64,000 nucleotides of DNA, taken from sequence record AP019418.1. One strand, written 5' to 3'. Both the position numbers and the translations under genes were made by a program. Positions 54,168-64,000 of this stretch are shown here, one piece after another. The number at the start of each line of letters is the position of its first letter. Position 1 is the first letter of the stretch. The notes beneath the pieces are model-generated. The model saw only the letters and a list, made by a program, of their open reading frames with translations. It ran no database searches and had not been told where the DNA came from.

Positions 54168-55259
54168 ATGTATAATTTATTTAAGAATGCTCCGTCACGT
54201 AAATTGGGGCAGGTGGTTGATCCTAACATCCATTATATCCGACGAATCTACGCTGAGCAAATTAGGGACGTTAAAAGTTATTATAGACGGGCACCGAAGT
54301 ATGTTGAATCTAAAAACATATTAGCACAAATGATTCGACATTTTAACGTAGAGTTACTAAGTGATGATGCTACTTTTATAAAGAACGTGGACGATCGTTC
54401 ACGTGCTATTATTCGTTCATTTGGTATTACATCATCTTTAAATAAAGGTAAGGTTCATGTAGGTGGTGTTACACTTGGTCCTCAAACTGAAGAAGTTCTA
54501 GTATCCACATCAGAGAGCTTTGATCTAAAAGATCTAAATAAAACATGGTATAAACTTTCCCCTGTTACGTATCTGTATCATACACGTACTGATACTAATT
54601 TACCTATCATGAACAATACCACACAGGGTAGAGGCTATGGTGTAACTCTAGTAAATATACCAATGCTTCTTGTGATGTACCGTTACTGGTATCGATGGCA
54701 AGTTGAGAAGAATCCTGATGAAGTAGAAGACACTTATAGGTTTATAGGATCATTTGTATTGCCAAATATGGTTGACTCTTATTTAGATATTTCTTTCTTT
54801 AACAGGTTAGCAAGGAATGCTTTAGATATTAAAAATCCAACATTCCCTATACCGCATCCATTTTACATCACCGATATGAATCCACGTATTGATAAACTAT
54901 GTACAACTATCAATAGAGAATCCATATTAAAAGGTGTAGATATGGAAGGTTTATCATGGATAACACCAGCTATCGTACAATCTAATTTGTTCGATATGAT
55001 GCGGCTCCCACGAGAACCTATTAACAGGAATAATGAATGGGCTTATGTATTGGCTCGTACACCCTTCATTAAGTATCTTGTAGGACAGCTTTTAAAGAAT
55101 ACTGGTTATGATCAATCTTCTGTTAACACTGTATTAATTGATCTTATAGAAGCATCTAATGATCAAGCATTTAAGCAACAAGCAAATAGCGAGTTTGTAA
55201 AAGCTCAACAGGCACAAGTTGATTGGATGATAGATGCACTTAAAAGAAAAGAAATGTGA
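54168..55259 (+). CDS. Virion-associated protein, gp52-like
   Basis: 363-aa ORF, gene order. Confidence 0.7.
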   Translation: MYNLFKNAPSRKLGQVVDPNIHYIRRIYAEQIRDVKSYYRRAPKYVESKNILAQMIRHFNVELLSDDATFIKNVDDRSRAIIRSFGITSSLNKGKVHVGGVTLGPQTEEVLVSTSESFDLKDLNKTWYKLSPVTYLYHTRTDTNLPIMNNTTQGRGYGVTLVNIPMLLVMYRYWYRWQVEKNPDEVEDTYRFIGSFVLPNMVDSYLDISFFNRLARNALDIKNPTFPIPHPFYITDMNPRIDKLCTTINRESILKGVDMEGLSWITPAIVQSNLFDMMRLPREPINRNNEWAYVLARTPFIKYLVGQLLKNTGYDQSSVNTVLIDLIEASNDQAFKQQANSEFVKAQQAQVDWMIDALKRKEM

Positions 55260-55294
55260 CATAAACCCCCTCCTAAATTGGAGGGGGTTATATG
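55260..55294. terminator. Bidirectional terminator
   Basis: AACCCCCTCC-TAAATT-GGAGGGGGTT flanked by CATA/ATATG. Confidence 0.8.
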
Positions 55295-55302
55295 CCGTTT
55301 TA

Positions 55303-56025
55303 TTAGAAATTACCTTTCTTCATTTTAGAAAGTAATTTTCTACGTTCAGCTCGGTTAATTCCTGGGATAGCTGGTAATAGCATTTTATTACTAAACTTAC
55401 CTGGCTTGCGGTCATGATTTAGTAATTGATCAACTACAGCTTGGTCACTGCTTTTAACTCCATTATCCATTTCATCTAATGGGTCCATAATAGCTTTAGC
55501 AGTCAATCTTAGATGAGTAACTAGTTCATCAAATGAACTATCGGTATTAATAAGTTGTTTATCAACACCTTCTTTAAGAGCTTGTTTAATAGTTACGTCT
55601 TTTACCAGGATATTATCACATTCCCAAAGAGTTGTATGATGGGTATTTAACATTAATTCAAGTGAGACATTATTGTAATCGTTGTCAGCACTTGAGTGCC
55701 AATTGAATTCATCAATATAGTCATTTAGACTCATTAACTTTGGTGGTTCGTTACTAGAGGTAATTAAACCAATTGGTTGAACATCATCTAGTGAACTTTT
55801 ATCACTAGTAATTGCAGTTGTTTCAGTAGTAACATCAACTTCTTTTAATTCGTTGGTATAAGTTACATATACTAATTCTTCACTACCGTCATCCAAAAGA
55901 ACATAGGCTGTTGCTTTGGTGGAATCATCAGGTGCTAATCCATGGATCCTAATACGATTATCATTTACTAATTTACTATAATCATTCCAGGTAATTACGC
56001 GGACTTCTTTATTCTCTTTCATCAT
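55303..56025 (-). CDS. Hypothetical protein, gp51-like
   Basis: 240 aa, C-terminal NRAERR basic motif. Confidence 0.7.
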   Translation of the reverse strand: MMKENKEVRVITWNDYSKLVNDNRIRIHGLAPDDSTKATAYVLLDDGSEELVYVTYTNELKEVDVTTETTAITSDKSSLDDVQPIGLITSSNEPPKLMSLNDYIDEFNWHSSADNDYNNVSLELMLNTHHTTLWECDNILVKDVTIKQALKEGVDKQLINTDSSFDELVTHLRLTAKAIMDPLDEMDNGVKSSDQAVVDQLLNHDRKPGKFSNKMLLPAIPGINRAERRKLLSKMKKGNF

Positions 56026-56218
56026 TAGTTACCTCTTTTAATTTGTCTTTAATATAACTTCGGATAAATGCTCGTTTTTCTTCACGAGTTAACCCAGGTG
56101 GAGCGGTTGGTAATGTGATAGTACCACTGTTAATTGCCTTCTTCATCCGATCTAAGTCAAAATTAAATTCGGTATGATTTGTCATTATATTGAACCATAT
56201 TAAGTTAGTAATTGGCAA
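56009..56218 (-). CDS. Small hypothetical protein
   Basis: FNFDLDRMKKA...GLTREEKRAFI; real start may be ATG 56185. Confidence 0.65.
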   Translation of the reverse strand: MPITNLIWFNIMTNHTEFNFDLDRMKKAINSGTITLPTAPPGLTREEKRAFIRSYIKDKLKEVTNDERE

Positions 56219-56222
56219 TCAG

Positions 56223-56247
56223 ACTATATAAATCTTAATTATTTTTT
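56223..56247 (-). promoter_or_regulatory. Weak early-type promoter variant
   Basis: AAAAAATAATTAAGATTTATATAGT. Confidence 0.4.
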
Positions 56248-56251
56248 AGTA

Positions 56252-56280
56252 TATAAGCCTCCCACTAGGGGAGGCTATAT
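56252..56280. terminator. Terminator downstream of DNA polymerase
   Basis: AGCCTCCC...GGGAGGCT inverted repeat. Confidence 0.75.
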
Positions 56281-56283
56281 TTA

Positions 56284-58479
56284 TTAATAGAAGTCAGAGA
56301 TGAGTCGATCGTTATTTTTATCAATAAGGAAAATACCTAGGGACTCTAAGGTTAGATAGAATACACCCATAGTGTTTCCAATGATTGTTCTAACGTCAGC
56401 AACACGCGTAATAACTTCTGGAATACGACCAGTTTCTACTACTGTACTAGGAATATGGAAATCACCAATACTGGTTTTATTTTCTTCAGTAACCCATGCT
56501 TGAATACGAGCAGCTAATTTCTTATCTTCGATACCATCAATCCATTCTTTGATCGCAGTTTTATTATTAAGAGTAACTGAGATCTTTACATGTGAATAAG
56601 GTGGATCACCAGCTTCACCAAATGACGGAGCAAATACAGTCTTCCACACCAATCCCTTTTTATGAGTTGAGTTATCTTCAGATTTATAAGATTCAGGTCG
56701 TTTAGTTTGACCACTTGTAAGATACTCGGCTTTACCACTCCTAACAGACTCAATAATTTCTCTTTCGATATTACCGGCTTCTTTTAGAATTGAAGCTAAG
56801 TCGATTTTCTCTTCAGCCTTTACCGTCTTAATAATATCTTCCATGAGTTTTTTAGCACGACTATTAATCTTCTTAGGTACTTTACTATCCCTTAGCCCCA
56901 CGCCTTTAATCTCCATCCGAGATTCATTAAACATCACCCCTTCTTGGGCATCCTGTGATGCAAAGTAATGTTTAGAACGAGTAGTTAAGGCCAGTACTGC
57001 GAAATAAAATTCGTTCTTCATTGCAAATAGACGAAGCTTATCTTTAGATACACCCATATTAGCGGATTGAATCGCTAAGATATGCATAACTACTTCAGAT
57101 ACTAGAAACACTAGTGCAAATACTAGTCGTTTAGCTTCATTGCTAAAAGTTACTTTACCAAAGAATTCCTCAACCCACCATTGTAATGTAAACATAGTGG
57201 AGTCAGTATCTGAAATAACAGCAGCTCGCCTATATACCGTTGGAAAAGCATGAATACTTGATGGTACACATTTAGTCAAGAAGAAAGCTTCAATCAATAG
57301 ACGATATTCATTAAGAGTTTCAGCGATATTTCGACCAGTTGCAAAAATTTGATTCAGTGTATCTGGATCAGATTCTTTTAGTTTAGCTTTAGATCGACCT
57401 TTAACAGTATCAAAGCAAATAAAGCTAGCCAAAAGATCCATATCACCATCATAAGTTGAATATTCTTCTTCAGTGATGATTTGTTCTTTTGTTCCAACCT
57501 GGCTTAATTTAATTAGAAAGCTCTTGATTAATTCTTTATTGTATTTATATAAGTGATATAGATCACCTACATACATAACTGCTGCTCGTTCGACTGGTGT
57601 CATCCCAGTAGCTAGTTTTAAAATCTGTGCCGTGTAATACTTATTTTGCCAATAGTGTTTAGTTGAATAAAGAACCATATCAACTACTTCTTCTGGCGTT
57701 GGGCAATGTAGATTAAAATTAGTTACTGCTTTTTGAATTAACTCCATATCAGCTACATTAATAATATTTACTAAATTAGCTTTTGTGATTTCCGGAGTAT
57801 AATAATGCCTATTACCCATAATGAATTTTTCATTATTTGAGTTAGCATAAGAGGTACCAGTTCTACAAGTAGATGTTAAACTAGAGTGTGTGGACTTATA
57901 ATAAAGAATAGTGGCAGCAGATACCGTACCTCCTGAATATGAGTTATTGTTAATTTTGAAGTTTTCTTGTTCACCTTTACGTACTTGTGCAAGTTCTGTT
58001 TTAATTTGTGAATTCTCTTTATCGCCGGCCTGTAGGAAAGCAGCTGCTTCACGTTCAGCCTGCATCTGCTCACCTTTAACACGCTTACGGTTTTTCACAC
58101 CTTCAGCAATATAGATGGAGTGCGTCGACTGTCTAACAGACTCTGGTAAATATGCGGTCATTGATGGAGATAATAATAGATTCTGTTTCTTAACACGGTT
58201 AAGGAAAGCCATAAATGAAACAGTCTTTAATTCCCTATCACCAAACTTATTTTTATCTAGAATAGTTGCTAATGGATTACGAAGTGCATATTCGCCATTT
58301 TGACGTAATTGTTCTTTAACAAATTCTTTACATTCTTCTAAACTAATATTTAATTCATCTTTTGTCATTAATTGAAGATATTTGGCATTATCATCAAGAC
58401 ATGCATTAATGATATCAATATCACGATGGTAATCATTGACATCTTTTAAAAACGGATTTGGTTGGGCAAATGCGGTCAT
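56284..58479 (-). CDS. Split family-B DNA polymerase, catalytic part, gp50-like
   Basis: Motif B KINNNSYSG, motif C SDTDS, TRSKHY and EIKGVGL segments. Confidence 0.88.
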   Translation of the reverse strand: MTAFAQPNPFLKDVNDYHRDIDIINACLDDNAKYLQLMTKDELNISLEECKEFVKEQLRQNGEYALRNPLATILDKNKFGDRELKTVSFMAFLNRVKKQNLLLSPSMTAYLPESVRQSTHSIYIAEGVKNRKRVKGEQMQAEREAAAFLQAGDKENSQIKTELAQVRKGEQENFKINNNSYSGGTVSAATILYYKSTHSSLTSTCRTGTSYANSNNEKFIMGNRHYYTPEITKANLVNIINVADMELIQKAVTNFNLHCPTPEEVVDMVLYSTKHYWQNKYYTAQILKLATGMTPVERAAVMYVGDLYHLYKYNKELIKSFLIKLSQVGTKEQIITEEEYSTYDGDMDLLASFICFDTVKGRSKAKLKESDPDTLNQIFATGRNIAETLNEYRLLIEAFFLTKCVPSSIHAFPTVYRRAAVISDTDSTMFTLQWWVEEFFGKVTFSNEAKRLVFALVFLVSEVVMHILAIQSANMGVSKDKLRLFAMKNEFYFAVLALTTRSKHYFASQDAQEGVMFNESRMEIKGVGLRDSKVPKKINSRAKKLMEDIIKTVKAEEKIDLASILKEAGNIEREIIESVRSGKAEYLTSGQTKRPESYKSEDNSTHKKGLVWKTVFAPSFGEAGDPPYSHVKISVTLNNKTAIKEWIDGIEDKKLAARIQAWVTEENKTSIGDFHIPSTVVETGRIPEVITRVADVRTIIGNTMGVFYLTLESLGIFLIDKNNDRLISDFY

Positions 58480-58648
58480 TTCACATATCTCTCAGTATAC
58501 TTATTTTTAATTATAGTGAATGATTTCTCTCTCTTTAACTAAAAAAGAAAAGGAAAGAATGGGTACCCTATACGGGCACCCTAAATTGAGAGGTAGCACA
58601 TCAACTTACATTCACATTAGATGATGTAAGCAAGTAAAAATAATACAA

Positions 58649-58678
58649 CATAAAAGGAGCCATAATGGCTCCTTTATA
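58649..58678. terminator. Terminator hairpin
   Basis: AAAGGAGCCA-TAA-TGGCTCCTTT. Confidence 0.75.
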
Positions 58679-58679
58679 G

Positions 58680-59105
<426 letters not shown>

Positions 59106-59130
59106 CTAAAATAGTTGGTTACATAGGGTA

Positions 59131-59514
59131 TTACTCATCCAGTAATACAACTACACCAAACAGACCTTTTGTATCCATTGGCACTGTAATTAATACATGT
59201 CCATTTGGATATTTTTCTTTAAAGCTATTGATAAAGTCGGTACAATATTCAATAACATATCCTTTAGTAGAATAATTCTCTAACTCAATATCTTCGTCAG
59301 GATCATCAAATGAGTCATGTCCATACATCAGCATATGGATATATATGTCATTATTAAGCGTATCCATATAACTTAACTTACGTGATTCTTCAAATAAATC
59401 AAGTGGTGTTGGACAATCTGGATATATCATTCGTTTTGTATATTCACGAAGCAAATGTTGCGAATATATTTCTGACTCTTTAGATTTAAATACGATAAAT
59501 ACTCGTTTTTCCAT
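59131..59514 (-). CDS. Hypothetical protein
   Basis: 127 aa, AGGA RBS. Confidence 0.7.
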   Translation of the reverse strand: MEKRVFIVFKSKESEIYSQHLLREYTKRMIYPDCPTPLDLFEESRKLSYMDTLNNDIYIHMLMYGHDSFDDPDEDIELENYSTKGYVIEYCTDFINSFKEKYPNGHVLITVPMDTKGLFGVVVLLDE

Positions 59515-59586
59515 ATCGGTTCCTAGTAGGAAGCCTATGTGAACCGATAGGCTTTCCTATTTACGTCAATTGTTAATATGTGTCAC

Positions 59587-60123
59587 TTAATCCACATCAT
59601 TGTAGCAGTCCATACCAAAGTCTTCACCTTCTAGAATATAACCTTGATTATGTTGATCAACTGCTATTGATTGGATTCTTTCTACACCATATCCATTCTG
59701 ATAAAGATACGCTATTTCAGATTGTAGTTTACTAGCCAGTGTTTTACACACAGCTGCAAACCACATATTAAGAATACTCAATGCATATTTATCTTGCATA
59801 ATCACAGGCGCTACTGATGGAAAGTATTCTTGTAAATAATAGTCAACCCCTATAATTGGTTGAGTAGGCTGTTGTGCTAGAAATTCAATATATGCATTAA
59901 TCGCCTGATACCATAACTGTTCTATAGATTGGTGTTCAGTATATGGGTAAGGAGTATTGTAAGACTTATTGACAACTACATCAGCCATTTTATTAACAAT
60001 GGGCCAGATATCACTGATGTTAATAACTACGAAACTCGTCATTCCTTGTTGGCCTGGAGTTATGTTATTAGCATCATTTATCCGCTGCATTTCTTGTTGT
60101 CTATAAAGAAGTGGATGCATCAT
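59587..60123 (-). CDS. Hypothetical protein
   Basis: 178 aa, ATGA-coupled to upstream gene. Confidence 0.7.
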   Translation of the reverse strand: MMHPLLYRQQEMQRINDANNITPGQQGMTSFVVINISDIWPIVNKMADVVVNKSYNTPYPYTEHQSIEQLWYQAINAYIEFLAQQPTQPIIGVDYYLQEYFPSVAPVIMQDKYALSILNMWFAAVCKTLASKLQSEIAYLYQNGYGVERIQSIAVDQHNQGYILEGEDFGMDCYNDVD

Positions 60124-60554
60124 GTTTGAGACCTCATAACTAATTTAGTTACCATCTTATATTTATCTACTTCTATACATTTAAGACTAGTAATAAGATT
60201 ACCTGCTTGAATAACTTGTTTTTGGATTATCTCTAAGAAATCAGTTCCAAATAAATCCAATACCCTTTCGATAATCTCAGCAGATCTTAAGTGCCAATTG
60301 ATAGTATTAGGATTTCCCTGATGATCAAATACCATCATGCTCATCGGTCTATCTGGTTCTATATAGGTATCGCTTAAGTAATCTTCTAACCATTGCTCTA
60401 AAAAGGTAGGCCAATCTAATCTCTGCCAGTGGTTAAAGTATTCTACATATGCTGCTAGAAGTCTATTGATACACCACAGTACAAAGTCAGTCGGTTCATC
60501 TACACCTAGCTCTTCCGTAAAAGAACGCGGTTTCAAAATTAGCAACAATTGCAT
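60120..60554 (-). CDS. Hypothetical protein
   Basis: 144 aa, GGAG RBS. Confidence 0.65.
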   Translation of the reverse strand: MQLLLILKPRSFTEELGVDEPTDFVLWCINRLLAAYVEYFNHWQRLDWPTFLEQWLEDYLSDTYIEPDRPMSMMVFDHQGNPNTINWHLRSAEIIERVLDLFGTDFLEIIQKQVIQAGNLITSLKCIEVDKYKMVTKLVMRSQT

Positions 60555-60954
60555 ATTGACTCCACTCTTTACCAGTGACTATAGTTAATAGAACAACTTT
60601 GTTATCTATTACACTAATGAACTTATAGTCTATTAAATTCTTCGGTGTTCTATGTAGTAATTGGATTCCAGTTGTATAGAACAAATTAATGAACTCATCC
60701 CAATCTGGACCATTTCCTAGTTGTATTGATATATCCACAAAAGGAATAACCGTATTATCCTGTTGTAATTTAGACATCATCTTAACAACCCATTGAGTTA
60801 ATAAGACGATAGCTGTAGCTTCATCCTTATTTGTTAGGTAAGTAAATTTCTTTATCAATGTGATTAATTGTGGGAATACCACTTCGATTGGCAATACATA
60901 TACCAGACGTTGTACTTCCTCCGATGTACAATCCATCTCGTGCTTCTGTTTCAT
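60496..60954 (-). CDS. Hypothetical protein (start uncertain: 60954 or 60936)
   Basis: Overlaps both neighbours. Confidence 0.55.
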   Translation of the reverse strand: MKQKHEMDCTSEEVQRLVYVLPIEVVFPQLITLIKKFTYLTNKDEATAIVLLTQWVVKMMSKLQQDNTVIPFVDISIQLGNGPDWDEFINLFYTTGIQLLHRTPKNLIDYKFISVIDNKVVLLTIVTGKEWSQYAIVANFETAFFYGRARCR

Positions 60955-61279
60955 ACCACAGTTCCTTAGTATTTGTTGGAATGAGGTGCATGATCTGCTC
61001 AGCACCCTCATCGAGAAGTTCTATTAGTTTATGCATGAACTGAATGTCTTTAGCATATTCATAGAACATTTCTTCTTTAACGACCATTTGCATAAGCTTC
61101 TGTTCTGCCAATGCAACAAGCAAATGCATTGCTTCGATATAACTAATATCTAAAAAGTCCAATACAAATCTTAGATAGTTATCATCTTTAATAAGTTTAC
61201 TTTTAGTCGCTCTTAGTAAAAAACGAGGTTGTGGTGTGGGTAATGGTGACGTATAGATCTTCTGGTTTCTCAGTATCAT
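60827..61279 (-). CDS. Hypothetical protein
   Basis: 150 aa, AGGG RBS. Confidence 0.6.
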   Translation of the reverse strand: MILRNQKIYTSPLPTPQPRFLLRATKSKLIKDDNYLRFVLDFLDISYIEAMHLLVALAEQKLMQMVVKEEMFYEYAKDIQFMHKLIELLDEGAEQIMHLIPTNTKELWYETEARDGLYIGGSTTSGICIANRSGIPTINHIDKEIYLPNK

Positions 61280-61592
61280 AAATAACCCTATTTAACTGGA
61301 TGTTACCAGCTGATGGTAGAACTACCCGGTTAGAACAATTATACAGATAAGTTGTTAAATCAATATCACAAATATCCCTATAACCCAGCATCTGATTAAT
61401 TAGTTCTATGACATCATTAGATGTGCTACCCGATGCCCTCTCAGACGCTGCTGCCAATACAATTGTTAATGCATATTCTGCACCAATACTATTTTTTATA
61501 GATTTCCAAATATCAGAATGTTGATCTTGTACAAAAGATCTTACTTCCATTCTGATACACATTGATGTGTCTTTATCATTAGATATGTTCAT
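61203..61592 (-). CDS. Hypothetical protein
   Basis: 129 aa, AAGG RBS. Confidence 0.65.
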   Translation of the reverse strand: MNISNDKDTSMCIRMEVRSFVQDQHSDIWKSIKNSIGAEYALTIVLAAASERASGSTSNDVIELINQMLGYRDICDIDLTTYLYNCSNRVVLPSAGNIQLNRVIYDTEKPEDLYVTITHTTTSFFTKSD

Positions 61593-61613
61593 TATGAAAA
61601 CCTTATAATCGGT

Positions 61614-61641
61614 ATAAAGCCCCCCATAAGGAGGGCTTTAT
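61614..61641. terminator. Terminator hairpin
   Basis: ATAAAGCCC...GGGCTTTAT. Confidence 0.7.
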
Positions 61642-62715
61642 TTAGTATAGATTATTTTCTAAAATGTATCGCTCAGCTTGCGCTCGCTGATCATCAGGTA
61701 AATAATCACCACGTTGATATTCAAATACTAATTTCTCAATAGGATAAGTTGCATTCTTATTCTTGTATACAGAAATTACATAGCTATGATACTCTAGTTC
61801 ATACTTAACGTCATGCTCAATTCTGGTTGAAAAATATGCCATGTTAATAGAACTAACTAGAGGGCTAATATATTTCTCTTCAAATAGTAATAAATTATCA
61901 AGTCCTAAACTTGCAAAGAAATCATGGTTAACCTTAGGTATTAGATAAGATACTTTAATATTACTATATTGTTTAACAATTACACCAATAAGTAATGCAG
62001 TTAACTGTTCTTGAATATATTCTACTGCGATGTTATATGCATGGTTAGTGGTGATGTGGTCTTTATTTAAAGTATAGCTACCACCATTAGCAAGAGATAG
62101 CTGAGTTTTACGCCTAGATTCGTAGATACTATAACCTAGTGTTTGTAAATTAATTCTGTCAAAGCCATGGAAGAATGTACGGAGAAATTCACTAAATAAA
62201 TAGTTTAATGGGTTCAGTAGGTTAAGTGATACCACTGCATGATCATCACCATTATCAATCCCATGGACACGATCATATTCCGCGATACGATAATCTTTGC
62301 CACTGATTAAAGTTATAACTGAACCAGCTTTAACTACATCCCATTGGATCCATGTACCGCTATCGATATATTTAGCTACTTGTTTATAGATATCTAGATA
62401 GATAGTTTCTAGATAAGGTAGTTTCATTAGATTTTCTACCCAAGCAACTTTATTACTATCTACGTCAGTTACAGCACAATTAAAAATAGCTGCTGCCATC
62501 TTAAGATTGGTGTACTGGTCTTTGGCTGTTTTATATGAAACTAAACTCTCTACTATATTTTCAACCATTAGATGTAAAAACTGTTGAGCCACATCTTTAC
62601 TCAATTTCACCCCAATCGCTTCATCAATTGAAGCTGAAGCTGTAAGCTGACCTAGTAAATCGTATATTGCTTTTTCTTGGTGGCGCGTATCAAGTACAAT
62701 GAGCTTATTCGACAT
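61642..62715 (-). CDS. Hypothetical protein
   Basis: 357 aa, GGAG RBS. Confidence 0.8.
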   Translation of the reverse strand: MSNKLIVLDTRHQEKAIYDLLGQLTASASIDEAIGVKLSKDVAQQFLHLMVENIVESLVSYKTAKDQYTNLKMAAAIFNCAVTDVDSNKVAWVENLMKLPYLETIYLDIYKQVAKYIDSGTWIQWDVVKAGSVITLISGKDYRIAEYDRVHGIDNGDDHAVVSLNLLNPLNYLFSEFLRTFFHGFDRINLQTLGYSIYESRRKTQLSLANGGSYTLNKDHITTNHAYNIAVEYIQEQLTALLIGVIVKQYSNIKVSYLIPKVNHDFFASLGLDNLLLFEEKYISPLVSSINMAYFSTRIEHDVKYELEYHSYVISVYKNKNATYPIEKLVFEYQRGDYLPDDQRAQAERYILENNLY

Positions 62716-62728
62716 TATATTTCTCCAA

Positions 62729-63157
62729 TTAATTTTTTGGAATAGCGATCCAAACTGTGTTCTTTAACCGATAAAATATTACAAACTTACCTGCATTTAC
62801 TCTAGGTATAATTTTTAATATATCCCAAAGATCAGATGCGGCCTCATGATTATCATGAAACCATTGGATTTCTTGAGGGGTGTTATTTATTGGATTATAT
62901 CCAGTAGTATACATGAATTCAAAAGAGTCAATAGAATATTTAAAGAAGTCATCAATTAAGCTGTCCTCTACTGATTTAAATATATGCTCTAATGTACCAT
63001 AGTCATCTGGATGTATTCCAAAGCTTTGGCACCTAATTGCTAAACGAGCATTTATTAGCTCTTTTGGCGATCTTGGTACTAACTTGGCTATCACCCTCGT
63101 TACATCTATTACATACAGGTCAGCTACTTGGGGAGTAGTCACAGTACAATCTCTCAT
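62729..63157 (-). CDS. Hypothetical protein
   Basis: 142 aa downstream of an early-type promoter. Confidence 0.7.
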   Translation of the reverse strand: MRDCTVTTPQVADLYVIDVTRVIAKLVPRSPKELINARLAIRCQSFGIHPDDYGTLEHIFKSVEDSLIDDFFKYSIDSFEFMYTTGYNPINNTPQEIQWFHDNHEAASDLWDILKIIPRVNAGKFVIFYRLKNTVWIAIPKN

Positions 63158-63172
63158 TAAATGTTCAGGAAC

Positions 63173-63197
63173 ATGATATAGATCTAAAAATATTTTT
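63173..63197 (-). promoter_or_regulatory. Early-type promoter
   Basis: AAAAATATTTTTAGATCTATATCAT. Confidence 0.6.
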
Positions 63198-63284
63198 AGT
63201 CAAATCTGTTCGTGGTAAGCCGATGTATATTATACCTTAGTTGGGTATTATCTCCATCGAAAAAACGCGTACAGCGCATTATAG

Positions 63285-64000
<716 letters not shown>

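Overview
AT-rich, gene-dense, mostly minus-strand 64-kb segment of a phiKZ-like nucleus-forming jumbo phage (Phikzvirus/Chimalliviridae). It is read in reverse relative to phiKZ numbering and covers roughly gp97 down to the low gp40s. The left third is the virion head/inner-body and baseplate module (gp97-gp83), followed by the exonuclease half of the split DNA polymerase (gp82) and a virion RNAP beta' piece (gp80). The middle and right hold the conserved phage-nucleus locus: SF2 helicase, non-virion RNAP subunits gp74, gp71-73, gp68 and gp55-56.1, PicA/Imp1, ChmC/Imp6, SbcD, chimallin (ChmA) and the polymerase half gp50. Both the nvRNAP beta and beta' genes carry related group I introns with resolvable splice junctions: one has an HNH gene in the P1 loop and the other has no ORF. 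The main new-looking signals are two candidate -1 ribosomal frameshifts leading into start-less open frames (gp77 at T TTT TTT; gp82 at C CCA AAG), a ~320-nt highly structured non-coding element between chmA and the beta' gene, an exon-mimic decoy splice site at the end of the HNH gene, and two small genes missing from the ORF track. phiKZ gp numbers come from recalled sequence and gene order, not from a database search.
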